A DNA stretch of 53,106 nt from an uncultured Lachnospiraceae bacterium (GTDB taxonomy: Bacteria > Bacillota > Clostridia > Eubacteriales > Anaerofustaceae): contig CAZXWI010000001.1 in the NCBI GenBank assembly GCA_964644555.1, positions 1 through 53,106 of the forward strand. The letters run 5' to 3'. The position numbers and the translations under genes are program-made. Below are positions 28,862-37,665 of the stretch, in pieces. Position 1 is the stretch's first letter. Every line of letters starts with the position of its first letter. Below the pieces are notes generated by a model, which searched no databases, had not been told where the DNA came from, and saw only the letters and a list, made by a program, of their open reading frames with translations.

Positions 28862-30271
28862 CTATGTATTCAATGTTAAAATTTCTTTTAATATTTCGAC
28901 AACCTCTTTTATTTCATTTTCCGAAAGAGAGCCGTACCCTAAAACGAGCGTAGGCTTTCTGTTTTCATTTCGGCATAAGCGTTCATATGACCCGATCCCC
29001 TTTAGCCTAAGCCCTCTTTTTTCAGCCTCGGAGCAAATAAATTCTTCCGATAGTCTACTGTTAAACGAAGCAATAAGGTGTATTCCCGTATGTTCTCCCG
29101 AAATTTGCACATTGTCTTTGCCAAATTTTTCATATAACTCACCAACTAATAAGTCCCGCCTTTTTCGGTATATTACCCTTATTCTGAAAAGGTGTCTGGC
29201 AAAATGCCCACCCTCTATGAACTTCGCAAGCGTGTGCTGTTCCATTCGTGATACAGTTACGGCATACGAAGAAAACATCTTTTTAAACCCAGCCACCATC
29301 GACTCGGGCAAAACCATATAAGCAATTCTTATAGACGGAGCCAAGCACCTTGAAAATGTTCCGAAATATATCACCTTATCGTTGCAATCAAGCCCCTGCA
29401 ATGCGTTTATAGGCTTACGGTCAAAACGAAATTCGCTGTCGTAATCATCTTCTATTATATAATGTTCATCACTCTCTTTTGCCCAGGATAGCAATCTATA
29501 ACGGTTTGCTACAGGCATACTTGCCCCTGTAGGGTATTGGTGAGCAGGGGTTACATATACTATATCGGCAGAGCTTTGTTTTATATCCTCTATCCTAATT
29601 GATGATTCGTCTACACCGGCTAAAGCCACCTCGCACCCATTATTTGAAATAATCTCATATGCTTTTTTATATCCGGGCTCTTCCATAACAAACTTTTTGC
29701 CTCTGAAATAACAAGCTAAAAGCCCCAACAGATATTCCGAACCCGCCCCCACAAATATCTGAGTGGGTGAAGATTTTACCCCACGGTATTCATGCAAATA
29801 ATCGTTTATAGCATTTCTTAGGACATTATCCCCAAAGCCTTCGCCGTAGCCCAGTAAGCTGTCCCCATAACTTAAAACCTCTCTTTGCAGCCGACCCCAT
29901 ATTTTATACGGAAAAAGATTCGCATCGGTGCTGCCGGTTGTGGCATCATATAAATACGCTGTAACTTCGGCCTTTTCTGCATATGACTTTCGGGTGGGCA
30001 TATCTTTATTTCCTAAATATAGATCCTCATCACATACATAAAATCCGCTTTGCGGCTTAGATGAAATATACCCCTCCGATGCCAGCATTTGATATGCACA
30101 GTCCACGGTATTTACGCTCACATCCAAATTTTGCGCAAGCTTTCGCTTTGACGGAAGCTTTTGATTTTTCACAAGGTTTCCGTTTTTTATTTCATCTACG
30201 ATAAAATCGTATATTTGCATATACAGCGGCACTTTAGAGCCATAGTCCAAATCTATTGCCAAATTATACAT
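28862..30271 (-). CDS. MocR/PdxR-type regulator (GntR winged HTH fused to an aminotransferase-like domain)
   Basis: GntR HTH (LPSKRKLAQNLDVSVNTVDCAYQMLASEGYI) followed by a class I aminotransferase fold. Start set at the MYNLAIDL ATG (30271), preceded by GGAGGG. The longer ORF has no RBS. Confidence 0.85.
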   Translation of the reverse strand: MYNLAIDLDYGSKVPLYMQIYDFIVDEIKNGNLVKNQKLPSKRKLAQNLDVSVNTVDCAYQMLASEGYISSKPQSGFYVCDEDLYLGNKDMPTRKSYAEKAEVTAYLYDATTGSTDANLFPYKIWGRLQREVLSYGDSLLGYGEGFGDNVLRNAINDYLHEYRGVKSSPTQIFVGAGSEYLLGLLACYFRGKKFVMEEPGYKKAYEIISNNGCEVALAGVDESSIRIEDIKQSSADIVYVTPAHQYPTGASMPVANRYRLLSWAKESDEHYIIEDDYDSEFRFDRKPINALQGLDCNDKVIYFGTFSRCLAPSIRIAYMVLPESMVAGFKKMFSSYAVTVSRMEQHTLAKFIEGGHFARHLFRIRVIYRKRRDLLVGELYEKFGKDNVQISGEHTGIHLIASFNSRLSEEFICSEAEKRGLRLKGIGSYERLCRNENRKPTLVLGYGSLSENEIKEVVEILKEILTLNT

Positions 30272-30365
30272 ACGCCCTCCAAACTGATACCTAAATAATA
30301 TCATAAACTGAGCATTTAAAGAATACCACTTTTCTGTTATCTTATATAAATCAAAGGAGAATGAT

Positions 30366-30917
30366 ATGAAAAGCACCTCTATTAGAAAAGTAACCATGAT
30401 AGGGCTTATGTCGGCATTGGTTTTTGTGGGGACTCACATAAGAATAAAAATCCCGGTAGGGCTTGACGGAACAATGCTTCATCTGGGCAATGTTTTCTGT
30501 CTTTTATCGGGGATAATTTTCGGGCCTGTTTCAGGGGGGCTTGGTGCAGGACTTGGCAGTGCCATATTTGATTTAAGCAGCGAGTATGCCTCGGAAGTAT
30601 GGATAACATTTATCAATAAATTCGCAATGGGCTTTGTTTCGGGGTTTTTGTCAAAGCATTTACCGAAAAATCTAAACTTTACCCTATCCAAAACCATATC
30701 GGCATTGTGCGGTTCATTGACATATATTATTCTTTATATAGGAAAAACCTACATATATAACCGCTGTATATATTCTCTGCCCATTGAGGGTGTAATGGCT
30801 GTAGTCGGAGTAAAAGCCGCAGTAACTTCGGTAAATTGCTTGATTGCTGTAGTAATAAGTGTGCTATTTGCAAGGGCATTAAAAGAGCCGCTTTCAAAAT
30901 CGGGAATACATTATTAG
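30366..30917 (+). CDS. ECF transporter S (substrate-capture) component
   Basis: 183 aa with 6 hydrophobic helices and a typical S-component N-terminus (KVTMIGLMSALVFVGTHIRIKIP). RBS AAAGGAGAA. Confidence 0.75.
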   Translation: MKSTSIRKVTMIGLMSALVFVGTHIRIKIPVGLDGTMLHLGNVFCLLSGIIFGPVSGGLGAGLGSAIFDLSSEYASEVWITFINKFAMGFVSGFLSKHLPKNLNFTLSKTISALCGSLTYIILYIGKTYIYNRCIYSLPIEGVMAVVGVKAAVTSVNCLIAVVISVLFARALKEPLSKSGIHY

Positions 30918-30920
30918 ATA

Positions 30921-30962
30921 AAAAGACCTTCGTATATTAAATTACAAAGGTCTTATTTTTAT
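30921..30962. terminator. Bidirectional terminator (ECF S gene / hydF-containing operon)
   Basis: Stem AAGACCTT/AAGGTCTT (30923-30954) with a T-run 3' on the plus strand and an A-run 5'. Confidence 0.7.
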
Positions 30963-31042
30963 TTACAAACTTAGCTTTTAAATATAATATAATATTTCCG
31001 ATATTTCGTGCATTATTTTTCCGCTACAGAGAAATCATAACT

Positions 31043-32257
31043 TTACTTATTTTTCTCTTTCAAATAATCTTCGTACAAATCGGGAAGAACTTTGACTCCT
31101 CTTTCCAATATGCCATTCATATACGCAATAGCCAAGCCATAATTCGTCATCGGCACATTTTGGTCAAAAGCACATTTTGTGCGGTATACAAGCTCTCTTG
31201 TGTTGAGCATACAGCCTCCGCAGTGCAAAATAAGCGAATATTTGCTTAAGTCATCCGGAAATCCCGTGCCGCTTGAAAGCTCTATATCAAAATTTGCATT
31301 TGTTCTTTCTTTAAGCCAATGCGGTATCTTGACGCTACCGATGTCATCGCATTGCCTGTGATGAGTGCAGCCCTCCGCTATAAGCACGGTGTCGCCGTCT
31401 TTAAGCCTGTCGATTGCCGTAACCCCCATAACGGCTTCTCTTAAAAAGCCCTTGTGCCTTGCAAGCAATATCGAAAATGATGTAAGAGGAACATCATCGG
31501 GAGTAAGCTTTGAAACAAGCCCAAACACCTGAGAGTCCGTAATTACCATTTTGGGCTTTTTCGATAAAGATTCCAAAGTTTTACTAAGTTCTGTTTCTTT
31601 ACACATAGCAACGATTGCATTCGCATCTAACACATCACGCATCATCATTTGCTGGGGTAGTATCATTCTGCCTTTAGGTGCCGAAGAATCTATGGGAGTA
31701 ACCAAAACCACAATATCCCCATCAGACAACAAATCTTTTACCAAGGGAATCTCTTCATCGTTCGGTTTAAGATAAGCAAGCTTTTCTTTTAATTCGTAAA
31801 TTCCTATATTTTTTTCGGCACTGACATATATTTCATTTTCGCTTGGCTCAGAGTGGTTCGGTTTCATCTCGCATTTGTTATAAGCAATAATATAATTTAT
31901 TTTTTTATCCTCAAACAGCGAAACAAGCTCCCTATCAAGAGAAGTGATTCCCTTTTGTATATCCACCACCAAAACTGCGATATCCGTTTTATTCAGAACC
32001 TGTTTTGTCTTTTTCACTCTCAAAAGACCGAGTTCGCCCTCGTCATCATACCCCGGAGTGTCGATTATCATAACAGGCCCTAACGGCAAAAGCTCCATGG
32101 ATTTGCTCACAGGGTCGGTGGTCGTGCCTTTAGTGTCGGAAACAACCGCCAAATCCTGATTGGTAACCGCATTCACAAGGCTTGATTTTCCTGCGTTTCG
32201 AAGCCCGAAAAAACCTATATGAACCCTCTCTGCCGAGGGTGTATCGTTAAGCCCCAT
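31043..32257 (-). CDS. hydF: HydF-type GTPase ([FeFe]-hydrogenase H-cluster maturation scaffold family)
   Basis: GTPase G1 GLRNAGKSS, G3 DTPG, G4 NKCE. The C-terminal cluster motif EGCTHH...HCGGC matches the HydF CxH...HCxxC signature. Confidence 0.85.
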   Translation of the reverse strand: MGLNDTPSAERVHIGFFGLRNAGKSSLVNAVTNQDLAVVSDTKGTTTDPVSKSMELLPLGPVMIIDTPGYDDEGELGLLRVKKTKQVLNKTDIAVLVVDIQKGITSLDRELVSLFEDKKINYIIAYNKCEMKPNHSEPSENEIYVSAEKNIGIYELKEKLAYLKPNDEEIPLVKDLLSDGDIVVLVTPIDSSAPKGRMILPQQMMMRDVLDANAIVAMCKETELSKTLESLSKKPKMVITDSQVFGLVSKLTPDDVPLTSFSILLARHKGFLREAVMGVTAIDRLKDGDTVLIAEGCTHHRQCDDIGSVKIPHWLKERTNANFDIELSSGTGFPDDLSKYSLILHCGGCMLNTRELVYRTKCAFDQNVPMTNYGLAIAYMNGILERGVKVLPDLYEDYLKEKNK

Positions 32258-32286
32258 AGTATACCTCCCGATATAGTTATTTTAGT

Positions 32287-33390
32287 TTATTTGAATGCAG
32301 CAGCATCTTTGCCCGGTGAGAATATCTTTTGAGCCTGCTCATCGGTAAGGGTAATATCGAATACCGCTTCGTAATAATCTTTTGTTTCCTGAGTTATATC
32401 AATATCGCTGAAAATTTCGGGATAAACGGTTTTTGCAAGCCACATGAGCGTAACAGGAGTATCTACTCCGCAAGTATAACTTCTGTACATACCAAGGGGC
32501 ATTTTGCTTACCTTATTGTTTTCAACTGCGGCAATTCCGCTCCAATCAAAGCTGCCTATAGTATTGTTGTATAAATCATACGGCAATGCCTGGTTAAAGT
32601 TGGTAATAAGTATTCTGTCGGGATTCCATGTGTATACCTGTTCAAGGTTTACCTGAGTTGAATAAGCTGTTTCCATTTCTTCGCCGACATTTTTTGCGCC
32701 AATGGCATCAGCCCACCATTGTCCAAAGAATTTTTTGCCCGATGTGGTTATCATTGTGTCGTTATATTGGAAAAGGAAAAATACTTTTTCTCTCTCTTCG
32801 TTCGAAAGTGATGCCACTCTTTGCTGAACGAAATCATACTTTTCTTCGCTGTATTGTTTAACAAGATCGGCTCTGTCGTTTTCGGGGAATAATTCCGACA
32901 AAAGAGCTATCCAGTTGTTAAGAGTTTCTATTGCATCATAATCCCATTTGCCTGCCGAAATTCCTATAGCCGCAAAGCCCGCATCTTTAAGCTGAGTACC
33001 TATCTGTTCGGATTCGGCACTGTAGAATACAACATCGGGATCAAGTTTGATTATTTCTTCGATATTGATATTAGTTCCGTCAATAAATGCTGTCTGTGCA
33101 TTTAAAATTTCAGGATATAATTCCGATAAGAGGCTGTTCTGTGCGGCACTCATGCTCGGCTGAGCAATACCCACCAATTTTTCCGCAGAATCAAAGAATA
33201 CAGCCAAAACCGACGGAAGCGGATAAATATCGCATACGACTATACGCTCGATATTTTTCGGCACTTCCACCTCATTGTCAGCATGATCGATAATGGTTAT
33301 GGTGTCGGAAGAATTATTTCCGTTCGTTGTGCAACCGAATAACCCAATTACGGTTACTGCTACCAAAAGTAAAGCAACTAATTTTTTCAT
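32287..33390 (-). CDS. Lipoprotein substrate-binding protein of BtuF/FhuD type (paralogue of 14962-16077)
   Basis: Signal peptide plus lipobox FGC. Blocks LDPDVVFY and WNPDRILITN. ATGA overlap with the upstream K-like gene. Confidence 0.85.
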   Translation of the reverse strand: MKKLVALLLVAVTVIGLFGCTTNGNNSSDTITIIDHADNEVEVPKNIERIVVCDIYPLPSVLAVFFDSAEKLVGIAQPSMSAAQNSLLSELYPEILNAQTAFIDGTNINIEEIIKLDPDVVFYSAESEQIGTQLKDAGFAAIGISAGKWDYDAIETLNNWIALLSELFPENDRADLVKQYSEEKYDFVQQRVASLSNEEREKVFFLFQYNDTMITTSGKKFFGQWWADAIGAKNVGEEMETAYSTQVNLEQVYTWNPDRILITNFNQALPYDLYNNTIGSFDWSGIAAVENNKVSKMPLGMYRSYTCGVDTPVTLMWLAKTVYPEIFSDIDITQETKDYYEAVFDITLTDEQAQKIFSPGKDAAAFK

Positions 33391-34529
33391 TCTAAATTTC
33401 TCCTTACAAATTCATTAAAATTTTCTACCAAATTAGGTATTTCTTTTCTGTAAATTCTGCCCGAAAAAGCTTCGTGCGGCAAATTTACGAATTTCGCACC
33501 CGTTGGACAAATGGGTTTATACATCTTATCCGCAATGATGATTTTTGCCTTTTCCAAGTGCGGTATTATTTCATCTTCATCGATAGCCGAAATGCATCCG
33601 TCTCCGATAAAAATGTCATCAATGTCAGTGGCGCAAATTACATTTGCACCGTATCCCGAATGATAATAAAGTGCATTGGCTAACGAAAGCGAAGTAACAC
33701 CTTCTCCGATTATTACCACATCGTCATTCACAAATGTTTTCGGAAGATAGTTTTCTTTAGTTTCAGCCGATAATTTTATCTTATCTATAATATTATCGCT
33801 GAACTCATCACCGTATAAAGCACCTACAACATACGGGATATTAAACCTTTTCTCTAATACTTTTGCGGCTCTCATTGCACAGGACGAAACTACCAAATTT
33901 ACCTTTGCATGTTTTGCTTTAATCATATTCTCGTATGTGTCATTCATTGCCCATACAGAATTGACTTTGATATTGTTTTTCTCAAGTTTTTTTCTTAAAG
34001 ATATATCAGAACCGTTTATCGAAAAATCAAGGGGAGTAACGCCCAAAATGTTTACGCTGAGTTCATCAGATGCCACTTCGTCATCACTGCAAATTCTCTC
34101 GGCAAATTGCTCAAATGCAAGATCTGCTCCTCTGACATACGAATGCATTCCATCGGTTGGAATACCGAATGAAATTATTCCGGTATCTTCTTGTATTTCA
34201 CGGGCTATTGCAGGAATATCCACTCCCGTCATCATCGGTATGGGAGTGCCTGCTATGGCAATGAATTTCGGCTTAAGCACCTCGGCAGCCTTTTTTATAT
34301 CAGATATCAATTTGTCATCATCGCCCAATATTGCTTCGGTTTCGGTTATTGCCGAAATATATACCATGCTGTCCATGTCGTACCATCTCGGTTCGTCATG
34401 GGTGCCGTATGTGGAATTGCACCCTGATGCATCATGCATTATGCACATACCGCCCAATTCGTATAAAGCAGAACATACACCCGATGTATCCGAAGCATAT
34501 GTGGATATTATTTTAGCTGTTTGTTTCAT
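33387..34529 (-). CDS. Nitrogenase component-1-type oxidoreductase subunit, NifK/NifN/BchB-like (380 aa)
   Basis: MHDASGC block resembles the H-G-x-x-G-C motif of the nitrogenase component-1 family. Start set at the ATG forming an ATGA overlap with the upstream stop, with GGAGGG 7 nt upstream. Confidence 0.8.
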   Translation of the reverse strand: MKQTAKIISTYASDTSGVCSALYELGGMCIMHDASGCNSTYGTHDEPRWYDMDSMVYISAITETEAILGDDDKLISDIKKAAEVLKPKFIAIAGTPIPMMTGVDIPAIAREIQEDTGIISFGIPTDGMHSYVRGADLAFEQFAERICSDDEVASDELSVNILGVTPLDFSINGSDISLRKKLEKNNIKVNSVWAMNDTYENMIKAKHAKVNLVVSSCAMRAAKVLEKRFNIPYVVGALYGDEFSDNIIDKIKLSAETKENYLPKTFVNDDVVIIGEGVTSLSLANALYYHSGYGANVICATDIDDIFIGDGCISAIDEDEIIPHLEKAKIIIADKMYKPICPTGAKFVNLPHEAFSGRIYRKEIPNLVENFNEFVRRNLE

Positions 34530-35848
34530 ACACACCCTCCGCAGCCTAAACCCTTTTCGGAAATGAAAGTTTTAACATCTTTTGCATTTTCGTAAGCATC
34601 ACAAAGCATTTCGGCAAATTTGATTATTCCGTCAAAGGCATACAACCCGCCGTCCTCCACGATATTCACAAAATACTCTGTCGATGTAAAATATGCCGCC
34701 TTTTGCCCAATCGCCAAAACTTTTTCTTTTAAGTTGCGGTTTATTCTTCGCATTGATGTATGTATGCTCGGAGCTAAAATCATTTCCGGGGAAATGTTTT
34801 TTAGAATCTCAAAGTCCCTCTTTTCATCTGCAGTAACAGAATCCAGATACACCTTTTTTACATTAAAACCCTTTTTAATTAAAAGTTTAGCTAAACTGAG
34901 TGGTCTAGAAAACGCCGTGTAATCAATAACTATAGGTGTATCGCCTATCAAATCAAGCGCTTTTGCCAAAATTTGGTCGCACTTTGTTATTTCAGGAGAG
35001 TAATCTGGCATACTTACATTAAGAGCATTTGTAAGAACACTTAAATTATCAATAATTTCGTCATAATCAAAGCTAAAGGGCAAATACAAATGGGTCTGTC
35101 CGAATCTTTCGTTTAGGTACTCACCTGCTGTTTTGGCAGCCGGGAATGTGCTTATACATATTGAGCATTCTGCCATTTCAAGGTAATCTTCAAAATTTTT
35201 ATAATCCTGAATCTGCATAAGCTTATATCCGTTGTCGGTTACAAGCTTTGCAAGTTCGCTGTTGTTACTGACGGCAAAATCGCCTCCGACTATGCTAACA
35301 GCTTTTTTATTTATATCTCTTTCTTCGAGCAAGCTATATAGCCGCCTTCTCATAAGTTGATCGGGGGTGAGTCCGCTCTTTCTCATAATGGGGTTCATAT
35401 AGCAGTCGGTAAAACGAACAGTGGGAAACAATCTTCGAAGTTCGGAAAGCACGATATCCAAATCCGTCCCCATAAAATGATGCACACAGCTTGTAAACAA
35501 AAGTACTGCGGGAGGAAGTGTATTAAGCTTATTTAGTATGTCGGTAACACCATCTATTATCAAGCTTTCCATATCACCGTCAAGCACATTTTGTTCTCTT
35601 ACGGCAATGGTGGAAAACCTGTCTGACAGCCCCATTTCAGCCGCAGTTAAAACGACTCCTCTTAGACACCCCTGAGCACACACGAATATTTGGTGAGCCT
35701 CAGGCACAAGCATACCCGTATGCACAATATTCCATGTACCTCTGGCAGGAGCGGAATATTCCAATCCTGTGTCAAATAATTTCGGCAAGCTCGCATCTTT
35801 TATTTTAATATTCGGTTCGTCAATAATTTCGCCGATTTTTTTTAACAT
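34526..35848 (-). CDS. Nitrogenase component-1-type oxidoreductase subunit, NifD/NifE/BchN-like (440 aa)
   Basis: FVCAQGC block aligns by eye with the HGPxGC motif. Further Cys motifs FTSCVHHF, TDCYMNP and ECSICIS; C-terminus ends CGGCV. Start set at the ATG one nt after the NifH-like stop, with GGAG upstream. Confidence 0.8.
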   Translation of the reverse strand: MLKKIGEIIDEPNIKIKDASLPKLFDTGLEYSAPARGTWNIVHTGMLVPEAHQIFVCAQGCLRGVVLTAAEMGLSDRFSTIAVREQNVLDGDMESLIIDGVTDILNKLNTLPPAVLLFTSCVHHFMGTDLDIVLSELRRLFPTVRFTDCYMNPIMRKSGLTPDQLMRRRLYSLLEERDINKKAVSIVGGDFAVSNNSELAKLVTDNGYKLMQIQDYKNFEDYLEMAECSICISTFPAAKTAGEYLNERFGQTHLYLPFSFDYDEIIDNLSVLTNALNVSMPDYSPEITKCDQILAKALDLIGDTPIVIDYTAFSRPLSLAKLLIKKGFNVKKVYLDSVTADEKRDFEILKNISPEMILAPSIHTSMRRINRNLKEKVLAIGQKAAYFTSTEYFVNIVEDGGLYAFDGIIKFAEMLCDAYENAKDVKTFISEKGLGCGGCV

Positions 35849-35849
35849 A

Positions 35850-36605
35850 TCATTCTCCGCATACACTTATTATTTCATTTGCCAAAATTTCATATTGCTT
35901 TGCCATTTCACTTTCGGGGAAGGCTTCTATGACGGTCTTGCCAAGAGATTCGGCTTCCAAAACAATATCACTTCTATCAAGCGAACCTATTATTCTCGAA
36001 TTTATATCCGAAGCAAGCTCTTCGACCTTTTCGGTTTCGTTTTTCACATTTCTTCTGTTTAAAATAAGCCCACCGAAAGAGGAATACCCTCTTTTTTTGA
36101 ACCCTTCTACGGCAACGGCAATGTTAGCCGCCGCATGAAGCGACATATTTTCTCCCGATGTAACCACAAACACATGCTGAGCGTATCCCGGACGCATGGG
36201 CATTGTAAATCCACCGCATACTACATCACCAAGAACATCGTACAATACTATATCCGGCTTATATACTTCGTAAACGCCTTTTTCTTTAAGCTTTTCCAAT
36301 GCAGCGATTATCCCTCGCCCTGCGCAGCCGGTTCCCGGAGTAGGACCTCCTGCTTCCACGCAAATGACACCACCGAAACCAAGCCTTAACATATCATCAA
36401 GCTCAAAATCATTGCCATTTTCTCTTACCAAATCCAGTACCGTAGGTATTTTATTCTCCGAACGAAGAAGTACAGTGGAATCTGCTTTCGGGTCGCAGCC
36501 TATTTGCATTACTTTATATCCTTTTTTAGAAAGTGCAGCCGCCACATTCGAAACCGTAGTGGATTTGCCTATTCCGCCTTTTCCGTAAACAGCGATTCTA
36601 ATCAT
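35850..36605 (-). CDS. NifH/BchL/CfbC-family ATPase (nitrogenase iron-protein-like)
   Basis: P-loop [10 protein letters not shown], switch I CDPKADST, both 4Fe-4S Cys contexts ([13 protein letters not shown]). Confidence 0.9.
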   Translation of the reverse strand: MIRIAVYGKGGIGKSTTVSNVAAALSKKGYKVMQIGCDPKADSTVLLRSENKIPTVLDLVRENGNDFELDDMLRLGFGGVICVEAGGPTPGTGCAGRGIIAALEKLKEKGVYEVYKPDIVLYDVLGDVVCGGFTMPMRPGYAQHVFVVTSGENMSLHAAANIAVAVEGFKKRGYSSFGGLILNRRNVKNETEKVEELASDINSRIIGSLDRSDIVLEAESLGKTVIEAFPESEMAKQYEILANEIISVCGE

Positions 36606-37665
36606 TGACTTCTCCTTTTATGTAATCTTTATGATCTCCTCGGTCGCACACTACCTCGTAGCCTATCTGTGCCATTTGCTCTTTTAATATATTTATTCCC
36701 AATTCGGCAGTCAGATCCGTGCCGACCTTGTTATCGTAGAGCATATATTTTTTTCTGACATCACTCGGTGATATGTTCGGCATAACAACATTACATCCAC
36801 ACAACACTCCCAATTTTCGACCGTCGGCATTTGCAGTGCCGAGTGCCGTAGTAGCAGGCAAAAGCACATCGGGCAGCATAATTCGAGTTAAGCTCATTAA
36901 AAATAATGTAAGGCTCACATCTCCGCAAGGTTCTGAGCCAAAGGGGGTATCTTTATGAGAAATGAACGGTCCAATACCCACCATAGCAGGAGAAAATTCC
37001 CCTATAAAGAGCATATCCTTTGCCAAATTCTCAATGCTTTGGTATTTAACCCCCACCATAAATCCACAGCCCACCTGATAGCCTATTTCTTTTAAGTCAT
37101 TTAAGCATCTCATTCTGTTTTCATATTTTTGGTAGGCAGGGTGTATTTTTTCGTATAAATCTTTATCTGCCGCTTCGTGCCTTAAAAGATATCTGTCGGC
37201 ACCCACATTAAAAAGTTTTTCATATGAATTACGGCTGAGTTCACCCACCGACAGAGTAATGGCACAGTCGGGGTATTTCTTTTTTATATCGGATACAATA
37301 TCGCAAAGAATCTCATCTTTGTAATATGTATCCTCACCGCCTTGCAATACGAATGTGCGAAATCCATATTCGTAACCGATATCACAGCACGATAAAATAT
37401 CGTCCTTAGTAAGTCTGTAGCGATTGGCATTTTTATTGGAATGACGAATACCGCAATAGTAGCAATCGTTTTTGCAATAATTGGTAAATTCTATAATGCC
37501 TCGAAAATATATTTTCTTTCCGAATCTATCCACCGATATCTTTTGAGCAAGCTCGGAAGCATAATCAAAGTCCTGCTTGTCGTATGACGATAACAGGTGA
37601 GTCCATTCTTCAAAGCTCAAGCATTTTTCTTCATTCAATTTGTTGATAAGTTGTTTATTATTCAT
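36598..37665 (-). CDS. hydE: Radical SAM enzyme of the HydE/BioB/PylB clade (HydE-like)
   Basis: [13 protein letters not shown]3CX2C motif at about residue 65, GGE block (LQGGED), GCGFMVG block; about 355 aa. Start set at the MNNKQL ATG (37665), which overlaps the ATPase stop. Confidence 0.7.
   Translation of the reverse strand: MNNKQLINKLNEEKCLSFEEWTHLLSSYDKQDFDYASELAQKISVDRFGKKIYFRGIIEFTNYCKNDCYYCGIRHSNKNANRYRLTKDDILSCCDIGYEYGFRTFVLQGGEDTYYKDEILCDIVSDIKKKYPDCAITLSVGELSRNSYEKLFNVGADRYLLRHEAADKDLYEKIHPAYQKYENRMRCLNDLKEIGYQVGCGFMVGVKYQSIENLAKDMLFIGEFSPAMVGIGPFISHKDTPFGSEPCGDVSLTLFLMSLTRIMLPDVLLPATTALGTANADGRKLGVLCGCNVVMPNISPSDVRKKYMLYDNKVGTDLTAELGINILKEQMAQIGYEVVCDRGDHKDYIKGEVND

Noticed and set aside
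28862-30397. Extended N-termini offered by the ORF track: 30397 for the MocR regulator, 46814 for the kinase, 47616 for BtpA/SgcQ, 49360 for rpsP, 20806 for the aminotransferase, and GTG starts for the D-like and K-like genes.
   Set aside because: Internal ATGs with good Shine-Dalgarno sequences match conserved family N-termini or give classic ATGA-type coupling overlaps. The extensions add non-conserved, often hydrophobic or overlapping sequence.
33937-34566. 209-aa plus-strand ORF. Similar long antisense ORFs occur at 5831-6406, 40844-41224, 42000-42317 and 8585-8950.
   Set aside because: Each lies entirely antisense to a gene with strong family motifs. They lack RBS sequences and have low-complexity Ser/Ile/Phe-rich translations, as expected from reading the AT-rich genes on the opposite strand.
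33387-36605. Interpretation as a genuine N2-fixing nitrogenase (nifHDK).
   Set aside because: The D/K-like subunits are about 50-140 aa shorter than NifD/NifK. No nifB/E/N/V/X or anf/vnf genes are adjacent. The cluster is instead interleaved with an ABC importer and Hyd-type maturases. Full-genome data could still overturn this.
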